Virus record (IMG/VR): IMGVR_UViG_3300028572_000010
Coordinates: 62,001-126,000 of that record
Strand: one strand, 5' to 3'
Source: an uncultured virus (IMG/VR IMGVR_UViG_3300028572_000010)
Lineage: Duplodnaviria > Heunggongvirae > Uroviricota > Caudoviricetes
DNA: 64,000 nucleotides
The notes under the pieces are model-generated. The model searched no databases. It was not told the DNA's origin and worked only from the letters and a program-made list of their open reading frames with translations. The translations under genes and the position numbers were made by a program. Shown in pieces: positions 1 through 10,456 of this stretch; positions within the stretch are counted from its first letter, which is position 1; every line of letters begins with the position of its first letter.

Positions 1-1
1 G

Positions 2-160
2 GTAACTGTTCAAGATAAGAATAAGGCACAGATTTTTGCTAGTATAGGTAATCAATTCTGGGAAGAGTTTAAAGATAAGGTAGTTAATATAAAGATCACT
101 ATCAATGTAGCTAATGCATTTGGAACTATGCCTTCAGAGTTGATCTATGTAGCTAGATGA
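2..160 (+). CDS. C-terminal part of a probable head-tail adaptor/neck protein (5' truncated)
   Basis: Open frame VTVQDKNKAQIFASIGNQFWEEF...NVANAFGTMPSELIYVAR* to TGA 158-160; sits upstream of the neck/tail genes. Confidence 0.35.
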   Translation, partial: VTVQDKNKAQIFASIGNQFWEEFKDKVVNIKITINVANAFGTMPSELIYVAR

Positions 161-161
161 T

Positions 162-464
162 ATGGCTGAATACGATAAGATAGTAGATAATGCTAAAAGT
201 GGACCTACCACTAATCAAATACTAGGTGATAAGAAGTTTGCATTGAACTTAAGGCAGTGGTGTTGTGAGAAGAAGATTAAATCATCATTAAAGAGACTGT
301 CTGGTAGTAAGGTTGTGGCTCAGGATCAAATACAGAAAATGATTCACGATAAGATAATGAATAATCCTAACCTATTTATGAGTGGTAGAAGTAAGGGGAA
401 AACTGCCTGGAATATTACTAAAGAATACTACGATAAATTTACTAGACTAAATGTTAAACACTAA
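162..464 (+). CDS. hypothetical protein
   Basis: 100 aa ORF, coupled to its neighbours. Confidence 0.6.
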   Translation: MAEYDKIVDNAKSGPTTNQILGDKKFALNLRQWCCEKKIKSSLKRLSGSKVVAQDQIQKMIHDKIMNNPNLFMSGRSKGKTAWNITKEYYDKFTRLNVKH

Positions 465-1251
465 TCCATTCATTAATATACAATTAAGTATAGTTGGAAA
501 TGTCATTACGGTACAATATGACATTGACCCTTTATTTAATGGCAGGGCACCTTATACTTTTGAACTACTAGCATTTGAAGATGAATCATTTAAAACTACA
601 CTATATTGTATCCCTAGTACTACTTTCTTTGTAATAGATAATACTAATATTAGGCAGAATCAACTACCTGGATTCTTCTACAAACTAAGGTTAACAGATT
701 TAAATAAGAAATGTTATTATAGCAATTTCTTTGGCTGGCATCCTTCAGATTCAGTAACTCAACATCACTATCTATTAGCTTCGGAAATTACTAGAAGGGA
801 ACAGGTAAGATTTAACTATGCTGGACTATATGTTTACTTATTAAAGCGAAAGAACTATGCGACTGACTGTATAGCAGAAACAGATCCTATAACTGGGGAA
901 CCTATGCTAGATACAGTTAAGACTTTCGGTACTGGTGTGGTAGGTGGATATTATGAACCAGTATTGACTAGGATAAGTATTGAGAACAGGGAAGTTAAAG
1001 AAGATTATGATGCTGCGGGTCGAGGGACACAATTTTCAGAAATGTTGTTAATTAGAAGTGCAGGGTTCCCATATATAGATCAACATGATATAATAGTAAT
1101 GAGAGATGGTAAGAGATTCATAGTAATAGACCCGGCAAATAAATACTTTCCTGGTACTACTATGATATTACTACAATCTCCTACACTAAGATTAATACCA
1201 AGTACTGATACTACACAAAGCATTCAAGTTCCTCCATTTCCAGTTCTATGA
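451..1251 (+). CDS. probable head-closure/neck protein
   Basis: FGTGVVGGYYEP and DIIV..DGKRFIV motifs typical of large-phage head-closure proteins; synteny before terminator and sheath. Confidence 0.5.
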   Translation: MLNTNPFINIQLSIVGNVITVQYDIDPLFNGRAPYTFELLAFEDESFKTTLYCIPSTTFFVIDNTNIRQNQLPGFFYKLRLTDLNKKCYYSNFFGWHPSDSVTQHHYLLASEITRREQVRFNYAGLYVYLLKRKNYATDCIAETDPITGEPMLDTVKTFGTGVVGGYYEPVLTRISIENREVKEDYDAAGRGTQFSEMLLIRSAGFPYIDQHDIIVMRDGKRFIVIDPANKYFPGTTMILLQSPTLRLIPSTDTTQSIQVPPFPVL

Positions 1252-1931
1252 GCTACAATATTACCTCAACTGCACTTACCCCTAGTCAAAGACATGGACT
1301 TGAAGTATGTGAACATGATAGATTATTTTTAAATACTATCACCATACCTAGAATAGTATATGAAATAATAAAGAGGTATATGCTCACTAATAAACCTTGT
1401 GATGTAGGTGTCAGGCTAGCTCAAAAATATAGTGCGATAGAAGCTGAGAGTGACATTCTATTAGCTATTGGTTATGATTGGAAACCTAAGACGATGAGTA
1501 AGGTTCCAGCTATCTATGTTCAAAGAGGTGAGGCAGATTTTCAGGCCAAAGTACTGAGACAGGCTATAGCAGGTAATCAACCAGATGGATTAGAGATTAG
1601 AGATGTATTTGTTAAATTACCAGTCATCATTACTTGTGTAGCAGCCGAACCAGTAGAGGTAGTTGAAAACTTAGCTGAATACGTTAAACAACCACTATTA
1701 TATTTTAGACGTACTATTCAACAAGATTTCGGTATTAGAACATTTGAACTAGAAAAGATGTCAGCTCCTGAACTCTTAAAAGAAGGTAAAAACAACTTTT
1801 CCATCCAATTAATGCTTAATGTAACTTATAATGATAGTTGGTCTATTACTAGAAACTCACTGAAAATGAAGCATATATCTATTGAGATTTATAATGCAGT
1901 GCAGGACTTAATAGAAGAGATTTCGTTATAA
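1248..1931 (+). CDS. probable tail terminator/completion protein
   Basis: PAIYVQRG motif, 227 aa, directly upstream of the sheath. Confidence 0.5.
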   Translation: MSYNITSTALTPSQRHGLEVCEHDRLFLNTITIPRIVYEIIKRYMLTNKPCDVGVRLAQKYSAIEAESDILLAIGYDWKPKTMSKVPAIYVQRGEADFQAKVLRQAIAGNQPDGLEIRDVFVKLPVIITCVAAEPVEVVENLAEYVKQPLLYFRRTIQQDFGIRTFELEKMSAPELLKEGKNNFSIQLMLNVTYNDSWSITRNSLKMKHISIEIYNAVQDLIEEISL

Positions 1932-2011
1932 AAAGTAGTTGCCTAAGCCAGTATAACAAGATAATATTATAGTAAGACATTTAAGTAATCTAACAAGAGA
2001 TAAATAATTTT

Positions 2012-3670
2012 ATGGCATATACAGTCCCCCAACTACAGATTAGTCAGCAATTTACTAATACGCCAACTTCTGTAGTAAGCCCACTTTCTGCCTTGATAAT
2101 TGGTCCCGCTTACACTAATAATTCTATTACTGCTGTAGCTCTGGGTACTGCTGGTACTGGTTACACAGCCCCAGTAGTTGCAGTAACTGATTCAACCGGT
2201 TCTGGTGCTGGTGCAATTATTACAGCTAATTGTGTTCCAGTAGGTGCAATTACTGCTGTAGCTCTGGGTACTGCTGGTTCTTTGTATACTCTTCCACCTA
2301 TAGTTTCAATTGCTGATCCTACTGGTTATGGTGCAGTAATCACATCAAATTTAAGTGGTAATGCAGTTGGTTCATATACTGTAGTTTCTGGTGGATTTAA
2401 TTATACTTCTCCAGTTATCACAGTAACTAATGCTCCTGGAGATTCTACTGGGCATAACGCTGTTCCTGGTGCTGCAACTCTATCTACTGGTGCTATTACT
2501 AGTTATACTGTTGTAAATGGTGGTAATAGTTATCTTACACCAGTTCTGGTGGTTACTGATTCTAATGGTAGTGGTGTAAATGCAGTTCCTGGCACTGTTA
2601 CTATAAGTTCTTCACCTGTTCTTAATACTGCTTATAGTTCTGCTATTGGCTCGGTCAACACAATAACAGATATCGAAAATTTGTTTGGTAATCCTACTGC
2701 TAATCCTAGTGCAAATCCTTTAGCTTATGGTCTTTATTGTGCAGTATTAAATAGTAATAACAATACTGTTTATTATGGTGCAGTTCCTACTAATAACTTG
2801 GCTGGCTACAATGCTATTTTAGCCTTGGCTGCTAAATCAAATAATTACTATGGTATTGTACCGTTAACTAATGATGCAACTATTTCTGGAATCAGTGCTG
2901 CCGTTATTAGTCATATAAACTCTATGAGTACACCAGCCAATGCTAAATGGCGTACTTGTTGGTTGTCTCCCTCACTTTCTGGTATTGGTAGTTTACAAAC
3001 ACAAATTAATGCATATATTGCAGCTCTTCCAGACGGATTAGCTGAGAATATTAACATTAATACTGGTCCTCGTAGAATACACTATGTTTTCCCTGATACT
3101 TATTATATTGGACCTAGTACTAATGTTTCTGGATATTACTTAGCTGCTTCATTAGCTGCTACGAGGTCTGGTGCTGCTCCTAATCAGAGTTTAACCAATA
3201 CTCAGGTTCTTGGACCTTACTATCTAGATAAACCTTTGTCTACTTTTACTGATACACAACTCAATCAATTAGCTGCGGCTGGTGTCTGGATTGTAACACA
3301 GGTAGGTAAAGGTGCTACAGCCTATACTAGACAGCAATTAACTGGTGATAATACTAATCTTAATTTCTCAGAAGATAGTATTACAGCTAACGTAGATAGT
3401 ATTAGCTATGCACTACAAGCTGCTCTAACTCCATTCATAGGTATTTACAACATTACACCAGCTACGGTTCTTGGAGTTAAAGCTGCTATCAATTCAGTAT
3501 TGCAATTTTACATGTTGGAAACCTTTACTGAAAGAGCTGGTAATCAATTAATCGGATATACTATTAATAGTATTCAGCAAGACCCAACTTATCTAGACCA
3601 GATTGATATTGTAGTTACATTGCAGGTTCCATACCCAATGAACTTTATCACCTTGTCTCTGAGTGTTTAA
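2012..3670 (+). CDS. contractile tail sheath protein
   Basis: MAY..P..I.Q start; C-terminal sheath core (QLNQLAAAGVWIV...TRQQLT...IGIYNIT...VPYPMNFI); inserted G-x-G-Y-T-x-P repeats. Confidence 0.85.
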   Translation: MAYTVPQLQISQQFTNTPTSVVSPLSALIIGPAYTNNSITAVALGTAGTGYTAPVVAVTDSTGSGAGAIITANCVPVGAITAVALGTAGSLYTLPPIVSIADPTGYGAVITSNLSGNAVGSYTVVSGGFNYTSPVITVTNAPGDSTGHNAVPGAATLSTGAITSYTVVNGGNSYLTPVLVVTDSNGSGVNAVPGTVTISSSPVLNTAYSSAIGSVNTITDIENLFGNPTANPSANPLAYGLYCAVLNSNNNTVYYGAVPTNNLAGYNAILALAAKSNNYYGIVPLTNDATISGISAAVISHINSMSTPANAKWRTCWLSPSLSGIGSLQTQINAYIAALPDGLAENININTGPRRIHYVFPDTYYIGPSTNVSGYYLAASLAATRSGAAPNQSLTNTQVLGPYYLDKPLSTFTDTQLNQLAAAGVWIVTQVGKGATAYTRQQLTGDNTNLNFSEDSITANVDSISYALQAALTPFIGIYNITPATVLGVKAAINSVLQFYMLETFTERAGNQLIGYTINSIQQDPTYLDQIDIVVTLQVPYPMNFITLSLSV

Positions 3671-3870
3671 TGAGAATTTTAGTAGCAGGTGGGCTTAAAA
3701 ACCCAGTATTACTAGATACAACTGAGGCCACAGCATTATTGATAGCTGATGACGAAGGCAGACCAAACGTAATCTATAAAATTCAAGATACTGGTAAAGG
3801 TTGGATAAGATTTACTAAAGGTGAAGATAAGAATTTTAGTGAAGTAGCAGCTGATTTAGGCTTAATTTAA
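3670..3870 (+). CDS. hypothetical protein
   Basis: 66 aa, TAATG-coupled to the sheath. Confidence 0.6.
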   Translation: MRILVAGGLKNPVLLDTTEATALLIADDEGRPNVIYKIQDTGKGWIRFTKGEDKNFSEVAADLGLI

Positions 3871-3895
3871 CAAAATATTTACAGGATAATAATAT

Positions 3896-4432
3896 ATGGC
3901 AACAAACCAAGACATCTTTGGCAAGCCACAATTTGGAATCACCCATCCAATTACAGCTGACCAGATTTATATACAATGGGAAGGTGTGGATGGTAGTTTT
4001 GATGATATTTATCAAGCTACTAATGTGCAGCTTCAATATCAGCAATCAGTGTCTCGTAGATACACACTTTCTAGCCAACAGAATCAAGCAGTTATAATTC
4101 CAGGTCGTCCTATAGGTACCATGACGATTGGCCGTTTATTTGTTGGTACTCAGCAAGATATTTTTACTACATTGCTAGGTTGGAATGTCTGTTTAAACCC
4201 AGCAACCATTCATATTAATCTTAGTGGTGCAAATGCTACTGATTGTTCTACTTCTACTGGTGCTTTTCAATTAGCTGGTTGTTACGTCACTGCTTACTCA
4301 TTCCAAGGTAACGCTGATGACCTACAAGTAGTTGATAATATTACTATTGAATTCTTGCAACTACTTACATCTGGCTGGTCTCCTATTAATGTTTCCCAAG
4401 ATCCTAACTTTCCTCCTACTGGTCCTAGCTAA
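3896..4432 (+). CDS. tail tube protein
   Basis: 178 aa beta-rich protein after the sheath (QLQYQQSVSRRY...GRPIGTMTIGR...GCYVTAYSF...ITIEF). Confidence 0.7.
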   Translation: MATNQDIFGKPQFGITHPITADQIYIQWEGVDGSFDDIYQATNVQLQYQQSVSRRYTLSSQQNQAVIIPGRPIGTMTIGRLFVGTQQDIFTTLLGWNVCLNPATIHINLSGANATDCSTSTGAFQLAGCYVTAYSFQGNADDLQVVDNITIEFLQLLTSGWSPINVSQDPNFPPTGPS

Positions 4433-4443
4433 TAATAAGAAAT

Positions 4444-4472
4444 TTGACAACAACCTAGTTTGGCTTTATCCT
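4444..4472 (+). promoter_or_regulatory. sigma70-like promoter
   Basis: TTGACA-17 nt-TATCCT in the intergenic gap. Confidence 0.5.
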
Positions 4473-4500
4473 TTAATAGCTAAACTAGGTTTTATCATTT

Positions 4501-6843
4501 ATGTCTCTAAGTCAACAAGAACTGAGTAAAAATTTCGCCCCCTATCTTAATAGTGATATTTTTAATGCCACTGTAGTTAGTTGTGATCCGGCTACTCATT
4601 GTATAATTGTCTCTCCTGATGGTGAGTCTGGATTTATGACTTATCAAGCACATCCCCTTTGTGCTACTTACAGTGCAGCTATGGGATTTAATGAAACTAT
4701 CTTACCTGGAGTTGGTTCTAGAGTATTGTGTCAAGGTAGAAGTGGTGATAGTACAATATTAATTGGCACTATTCCTAGTCCTGAATCCAATGGTGTTTTA
4801 GCTTCCTCAGTTTTAGCTAATAAAGCAATCCTGGCTAGTAGGGAGCCGGTACATGATTCAGTTCATAAAACTGGTTATGCCTCTCATATAACTAAAGGTG
4901 CAGTATTAAATAATAATCTACCTACTGATACTGTGCAGGGTGAGAAAGTTATTGCCAATGAATTTGGTGTAATGATGGGTTTATTTAAGTTATTTGCTAA
5001 TCTCAAAGCTTCTGAACTATCACAAATTCAATGTCACTTTCTGGATGATTTGGTTAGAATTATTAGTCATAACTTTCAACATTATACAGCTTTGGGTGAG
5101 TTAAGAGTATTTCATGATGGACAAGGAATCCATCTTGAAATTGGCGCTACTCATGATCCAGATGAAAGTATGGGGAATTCCGTCAATCCTGCTATATCAC
5201 CTACCGATCCACAAACCGAATCTAATTTATCAAGATTCTATAAATTATCTTCTGACCAATTAAATATGTTGGAAAGAATGAAAGTATTTGTAGGTAAATT
5301 AGGGCAATTTGTGAACTTTTTAATAGTTAAACCTGCTAATATACCTCACACTTTGGACGGAACTGTACCTAAAACACCAGATACCGGTTTGCTACAAGTT
5401 AAAGCAGGATTAGACGGTACACTCATTCTTAGAAGTGCCAATGGTATATATTTGGAGAAAACTGATTGGATTAGAGTACCACATAGAATTAGAACTCCAG
5501 AAGACCCTACTGGTGATGCTGGTGATCTATTAGATTATCCTACTACCGAAGATTATACATTTACTGATACTTATACTGCACTAGATGCAAATTACAATGA
5601 CACAGCTTTTCTTTATTATCTACAGCTGAAAGATTATCTAGCTTATATCAATGAAGAGATAGGTTATGCTAATTTTAAAGCCCAGACCAAGGATTTCTAT
5701 GTTAATGATGATATTACTAAAGAGACAGAGTTAAATAATATCACCTTTGTAGATCCATTAACTGGTTCTAGTTTTAAAAAGAATAAGAGTTGCATAGCTT
5801 TAATGAAGAATGGTGGAATAAGTCTTTCTGATAGTTGGGGTAGTGCTATTAATATGGAAGGTGGCAACATCTATATTCAACCAGCCAAGGATTTAATAGT
5901 TCAACCTAATCGAAATATTATAGGTAAGGTTGGTGGTAATATAAGTATTGCAGCTCAACAAGATATAGATTTAAGCAGTACTTCTGGTGGTATGAGAGTA
6001 AAGACAAACTTGGCACAATATCTATATAGTAGCCAAGGCGGGATAGTATTACATACAGATGGTCAGGACTTTACCAACAATGTATCTACTTATCCTAACT
6101 CAACTGTAATATCTAGTGTATCTGGTATTGTAATAAATGCTCCCAATTCATCAATAAGTGCTAACGCTAGTCAAATAGGATTAAATGCCAGCAATTCACT
6201 CATAGCTACTTCTCCGGACGCAATTATTCAAACTACCAATGATCTACTACTATTAAGTGATCAAAGCTTATATCTATCTAGTAATGTAACTGGTGTATTT
6301 GCAGACCAGGAAATAATAAGCTTTAGTAATGGGTCAAATGTAATGATAGGATTGTCTCAAAGTTTAGTTGGTATTAAAGGACAATACTTTGGGGCAGCTA
6401 ACTTTGGTGGTGGAGAAATTCCAGTAGAAGGATTATTACCTCAATCTAACAAGTTCATAACCCAGGTACAAGCAGTGGTAACTCAATTAGAGGCTACAAA
6501 CACAGCTAAACTACTAGATGTATTTAGCACTCCTACACAATACAATACTATCAAATTTCAATTTCTACCTAGCAGTTATTATGAGTTGGAAGCTTCTGAT
6601 GTTATTCCTCAAACCGTATCCCAGCAAATTGATGCCTTGTTAAATGAAAACTTAAATAATTGGATTGAAACCCCGGTAAATAATACTTATCCTTATCCAG
6701 GTAATGATAATGCTCAAACCTATATCACCATACCTTTAAGTAATATATCAAATACCGATCTAGCAAACAAAGCAGTGGGATTAATCTCCCAAGAACAACC
6801 TTTCGCCGTTAAAAATATATTCACAGATTATAAATCATTTTAA
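4501..6843 (+). CDS. baseplate hub/central spike (gp5/VgrG-like)
   Basis: N-terminal OB-fold pattern (ATVV..D...LPGVGSRVL...ILIG) followed by beta-helix-like spike repeats (GGISLSDSWGSAINMEGGNIYI). Confidence 0.6.
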   Translation: MSLSQQELSKNFAPYLNSDIFNATVVSCDPATHCIIVSPDGESGFMTYQAHPLCATYSAAMGFNETILPGVGSRVLCQGRSGDSTILIGTIPSPESNGVLASSVLANKAILASREPVHDSVHKTGYASHITKGAVLNNNLPTDTVQGEKVIANEFGVMMGLFKLFANLKASELSQIQCHFLDDLVRIISHNFQHYTALGELRVFHDGQGIHLEIGATHDPDESMGNSVNPAISPTDPQTESNLSRFYKLSSDQLNMLERMKVFVGKLGQFVNFLIVKPANIPHTLDGTVPKTPDTGLLQVKAGLDGTLILRSANGIYLEKTDWIRVPHRIRTPEDPTGDAGDLLDYPTTEDYTFTDTYTALDANYNDTAFLYYLQLKDYLAYINEEIGYANFKAQTKDFYVNDDITKETELNNITFVDPLTGSSFKKNKSCIALMKNGGISLSDSWGSAINMEGGNIYIQPAKDLIVQPNRNIIGKVGGNISIAAQQDIDLSSTSGGMRVKTNLAQYLYSSQGGIVLHTDGQDFTNNVSTYPNSTVISSVSGIVINAPNSSISANASQIGLNASNSLIATSPDAIIQTTNDLLLLSDQSLYLSSNVTGVFADQEIISFSNGSNVMIGLSQSLVGIKGQYFGAANFGGGEIPVEGLLPQSNKFITQVQAVVTQLEATNTAKLLDVFSTPTQYNTIKFQFLPSSYYELEASDVIPQTVSQQIDALLNENLNNWIETPVNNTYPYPGNDNAQTYITIPLSNISNTDLANKAVGLISQEQPFAVKNIFTDYKSF

Positions 6844-6845
6844 AT

Positions 6846-7346
6846 ATGGAAGACCTAATATTACCTAATACACAGACAGATCAATTAAAAGAAGTAAAAG
6901 AGAAGTTAACTGAAGCGGAGAAGGAGCAATTCTTTAAAGCTTTCTTAGCAGATAAACCTTATGTAGCAGAGGAAACTCTTTTTAATGGAAAACTAACAGC
7001 CAAGTTTAAGACATTGAATATGGCTGAAAGCAATCTAGTCATGCTACAAATGCAACTAGACAAAGAAAATGGTACAGCCAAGGATAATGATGCTTACCTT
7101 ATTAAAGTTATTCAATATAGAATAGCAGCTAGTTTAATAGAATTAGATAAAAAGCCATTTAACGCTGGTATAAATGAAACCAGCAATCCAACTGACCTTA
7201 AAACTGGCACAACTTATTTGATTGAAAAACTCAAGATAATGGATAACTGGCCTACTTTCAAAATTAGTGGTATAACAGCAGCTTTCCAGAGCTTTGAGAA
7301 GAAAGTCAGGGCATTGACTGAGGAAAGTTTCAAAGAAAATTTTTAA
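6846..7346 (+). CDS. tail assembly chaperone (G-like)
   Basis: Upstream of the tape measure; ends in slippery heptamer A_AAT_TTT immediately before TAA. Confidence 0.65.
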   Translation: MEDLILPNTQTDQLKEVKEKLTEAEKEQFFKAFLADKPYVAEETLFNGKLTAKFKTLNMAESNLVMLQMQLDKENGTAKDNDAYLIKVIQYRIAASLIELDKKPFNAGINETSNPTDLKTGTTYLIEKLKIMDNWPTFKISGITAAFQSFEKKVRALTEESFKENF

Positions 7347-7391
7347 ATAGCCGTCGCGCCATAGCTATAACTAGAGGGTATGTTGGCGGCT
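7337..7391 (+). promoter_or_regulatory. programmed -1 ribosomal frameshift signal
   Basis: X_XXY_YYZ heptamer AAATTTT (7337-7343), 5 nt spacer, then stem AGCCGTCG/TGGCGGCT; the -1 frame is open into the 7391-7741 ORF. Confidence 0.75.
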
Positions 7392-7741
7392 TGACTAGTT
7401 TTGAATATCCCATGCCGTTTAGCCGGCTTAGGGAGGATTACCTAGTAAATTATCTAGAAAATCAAGTAGTGGCTGAATTGTTAAAGGTTCAGGCATTAAT
7501 GTTGTCTAGTCTTCTCCCTCTTTCAGGTAAATCCAAAGATATAGCTAAGAATGTGTTTGATAAGTATGAAGCTTATTGTGGAATAGTTTTGCCCAACAAC
7601 AAAAAATTGGCTAATATTAAGGATATACCTAAGACTGAAATTAAAGCAATCAAAGATAACTTGGCAGCTATGAAGAAGTTAATGCAGCAACCTAAAGCAG
7701 TAACTAATAAGAAGTTAACAAAGAAACCTCCTAAACCTTAA
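7343..7741 (+). CDS. frameshift extension of the tail assembly chaperone (GT-like, about 298 aa fusion)
   Basis: -1 frame reads LNSRRAIAITRGYVGGLTSFEYP... with no stop from 7337; only a weak independent start. Confidence 0.7.
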   Translation, partial: LNSRRAIAITRGYVGGLTSFEYPMPFSRLREDYLVNYLENQVVAELLKVQALMLSSLLPLSGKSKDIAKNVFDKYEAYCGIVLPNNKKLANIKDIPKTEIKAIKDNLAAMKKLMQQPKAVTNKKLTKKPPKP

Positions 7742-10449
7742 TGGGACATTTTATATATTTACCTGGTGAACAACCTGCAAGTCTAGCTCAATTTGCAGGG
7801 CTTCATTCCTATTCTACTGGGGCAGGTTACGGAGATAGACTATCTTTTGGTAGTGGTAGCTTGCTTACAGCCTTAATGGGTAATATGATGGCTCCTATAC
7901 CTTCTCCGGGTACTCCTGAAGGTATATATGATGCTATGGCTCAAAGGCAGCAGAGTATTCAGATGATGCAGATAGCTAGAAATACTGTTGCTAGTTGGAG
8001 GCCATTTCAGAATTTAGGCGGTTTAAATCAAAATAGTCTACTAAGTACGGTAGCTACTAGTATGATGAGCAATCCAGATGGTATTGCTGCTACTTTAATG
8101 AAGCCTTTCTTAGGAGGTAACCCTATACAAGCTCAAATGGCCGCTTTCGCTAACCTACAAGGCATTGGAGCTGCAGGGTTAGGTAAAGTCACTGGTACTA
8201 GTATTGGAGAGCTTAGAGGGGCTGCAGACGCTTTTGAGAAGTACTTCTATAATCAACAGAATACTGGTATTAAACTAGCCCCAGACAGCCTTAAGCAAAT
8301 TACTGATGCTGTGGAGAAGGGTGCTAAAGCTGGCATATCTAAAGGTACGGAAGATTCTTTTAAGATTACTAGAGGTGTAAATTATACTAATACTTTGGGC
8401 TTTAGTTATGAGAATTTGATGGGTGCTAGAGATGAGATGATTAGAAATGGTCTGGTAGGTGGAAAGGGATTTACTGATTTAATAAAGATAAGTGAACAAT
8501 TTGGTGGGAGTAATAATGCCGGAATACCCAAGTTATTAGATGCTGCTAGATCTGCTTTTGGTAATGACTTAAGTGGCAAGCAATTAGCAGATAGATTAAG
8601 CTCATTTGTAGGATACAGTAATTACAATCTCAATACTACAGCTGGTCAGACAGCATTAGAGAATAATCTACGTACTTTAAAAGCCACTGCTAGAGTAACT
8701 GGTATTAGTTACGATACTATGCTGAATGTTATAGGTCAGGCACAAGGAGTAGCAGGAAGTAATCCTCTATTATCTCATTTAGGTGGTGCTGAATTAGGAC
8801 CCATGGCTAGTGAGGCAGCTTTAAGGACTATGGTGATGGCTTCTGGTATGACTGGGCAAGATGTTCGTTATTTAGGTGGTACTGCTAATATGTTTAGAAG
8901 TACTATTGAGGGGAATTTAAGTAGTGCTGGACAAGGTATATCTACTCAATTAGCCGCTATGCACACTTACTTTCAAGGTAATGGAACTGTGCAACAAGCA
9001 ATAAGAAATTATGCCGTATCTGGTAATAAGACTGCTGGTGGTTGGCAGGCATTTCAAGAAAGTATAGCTAGAGCAACTGGTGTAAATGCTGTGGATATGC
9101 AGAGATATACCCAATACAATCCTGCTGCTACTAGATATGGTTTTCAAGATGCTCCGGAAATATTAAAAGCTGGTGGACAAGCTCAAGTACAAGGTTTACT
9201 ACAAGGTATAAACTTATTCTATGGTAATAATAGTTATGGTAAATATGCTGCTGGTTTGATTAGAAGTGGTAATTTTAAGCAATTGTTAACTGATAGAAGA
9301 TTAAATCAAGGGGAATTTGGACCGGCTTGGGAAGATGCTTTATCTAAAGGGTATCTTTATGATTATGCGGTAGCTAATAATAGTACATTTGCTAAACAAG
9401 ATGCATTGTTAAGAAATAGAGTACAATCTACTATATTATTAGATAAAACTGTATCTTATCATATGGGTAAAATGAATGCCCCTACTATGCAAAGAATGAT
9501 TCAGTCTTTGTTTAGTGGTGATTTGAAAGATAAGGGTATTTCATCCATGTTTGAAAGTTTGGGATTCTCAAAAGATAATACTGTAACTGCTGGTATAATG
9601 AAAAATGTAGACCAGATACAGAAGTTAACAGGTGCTAATTCTATAGAGAATTTAATGCTTGTATCTGGAGCTAAAGGACCAGCTGCTAAAAATGTAGCTA
9701 CTTTTGCAGCTTTAGCTCAGAAATTTGGAATAAAATCCAGTGCTATACAAGACATATTAAAGGCTGGGCCAAGTGCTGATGCATTGAAAAAACTAGTAGC
9801 TAATCCTGCTAATATGGATTCAGCTTCAGCTCAGCAATTATTCACCGCTACCCAACATATGGTTAATGGTGGAACGTTATCAGGTTATGTTGGAGATTTT
9901 TCTCAAGGTAGTATTGCTGATTTCTTAAAACAACCTTTAGTTGGAGCTACGGTAGATGCGTTAGGGAATACAGCTCAAAGGAATAAAGGTTTCAATGATA
10001 TGTTGATGGGTTGGGCTTCAGACCTTCAAAAAGGTGGTGGGGAAGGTGGTCAGTTAGGTAAGGCTATTAGTAGCCTTGGTAGTAATGCTTGGGATGTATT
10101 AAATGGTATACAGAGTGAGGCTGGAATGGGTTATGAAAAAAATAAAAATGGTAAATATGTATTAACTGGAGACACATTAAAGTTTGGCTTGGGCATAGGT
10201 AAAGATTGGGGGAAAGAATTTGATTCAGAAGATGCGGCTAAAAAAGCTGCTGAAACCGTACAAGCCATAGCTGGTTCTAATTCTACTGTAACAGGATTAG
10301 TAGGAGAAAAGACCCAAGCTGATGCAGATAGTCAGGCAATTAAGGATAGTGCTGTGAAACAAGCAAGTGATATGGATGGTATAAAAAATGGTATTGCTAG
10401 TTTAGTCACGCAATTACAACAAATAAACAGTACCTTAACCAACATGTAA
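7741..10449 (+). CDS. tape measure protein
   Basis: 902 aa Ala/Gly/Gln-rich helical protein after the chaperone pair. Confidence 0.75.
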   Translation: MGHFIYLPGEQPASLAQFAGLHSYSTGAGYGDRLSFGSGSLLTALMGNMMAPIPSPGTPEGIYDAMAQRQQSIQMMQIARNTVASWRPFQNLGGLNQNSLLSTVATSMMSNPDGIAATLMKPFLGGNPIQAQMAAFANLQGIGAAGLGKVTGTSIGELRGAADAFEKYFYNQQNTGIKLAPDSLKQITDAVEKGAKAGISKGTEDSFKITRGVNYTNTLGFSYENLMGARDEMIRNGLVGGKGFTDLIKISEQFGGSNNAGIPKLLDAARSAFGNDLSGKQLADRLSSFVGYSNYNLNTTAGQTALENNLRTLKATARVTGISYDTMLNVIGQAQGVAGSNPLLSHLGGAELGPMASEAALRTMVMASGMTGQDVRYLGGTANMFRSTIEGNLSSAGQGISTQLAAMHTYFQGNGTVQQAIRNYAVSGNKTAGGWQAFQESIARATGVNAVDMQRYTQYNPAATRYGFQDAPEILKAGGQAQVQGLLQGINLFYGNNSYGKYAAGLIRSGNFKQLLTDRRLNQGEFGPAWEDALSKGYLYDYAVANNSTFAKQDALLRNRVQSTILLDKTVSYHMGKMNAPTMQRMIQSLFSGDLKDKGISSMFESLGFSKDNTVTAGIMKNVDQIQKLTGANSIENLMLVSGAKGPAAKNVATFAALAQKFGIKSSAIQDILKAGPSADALKKLVANPANMDSASAQQLFTATQHMVNGGTLSGYVGDFSQGSIADFLKQPLVGATVDALGNTAQRNKGFNDMLMGWASDLQKGGGEGGQLGKAISSLGSNAWDVLNGIQSEAGMGYEKNKNGKYVLTGDTLKFGLGIGKDWGKEFDSEDAAKKAAETVQAIAGSNSTVTGLVGEKTQADADSQAIKDSAVKQASDMDGIKNGIASLVTQLQQINSTLTNM

Positions 10450-10456
10450 ACGTAAT

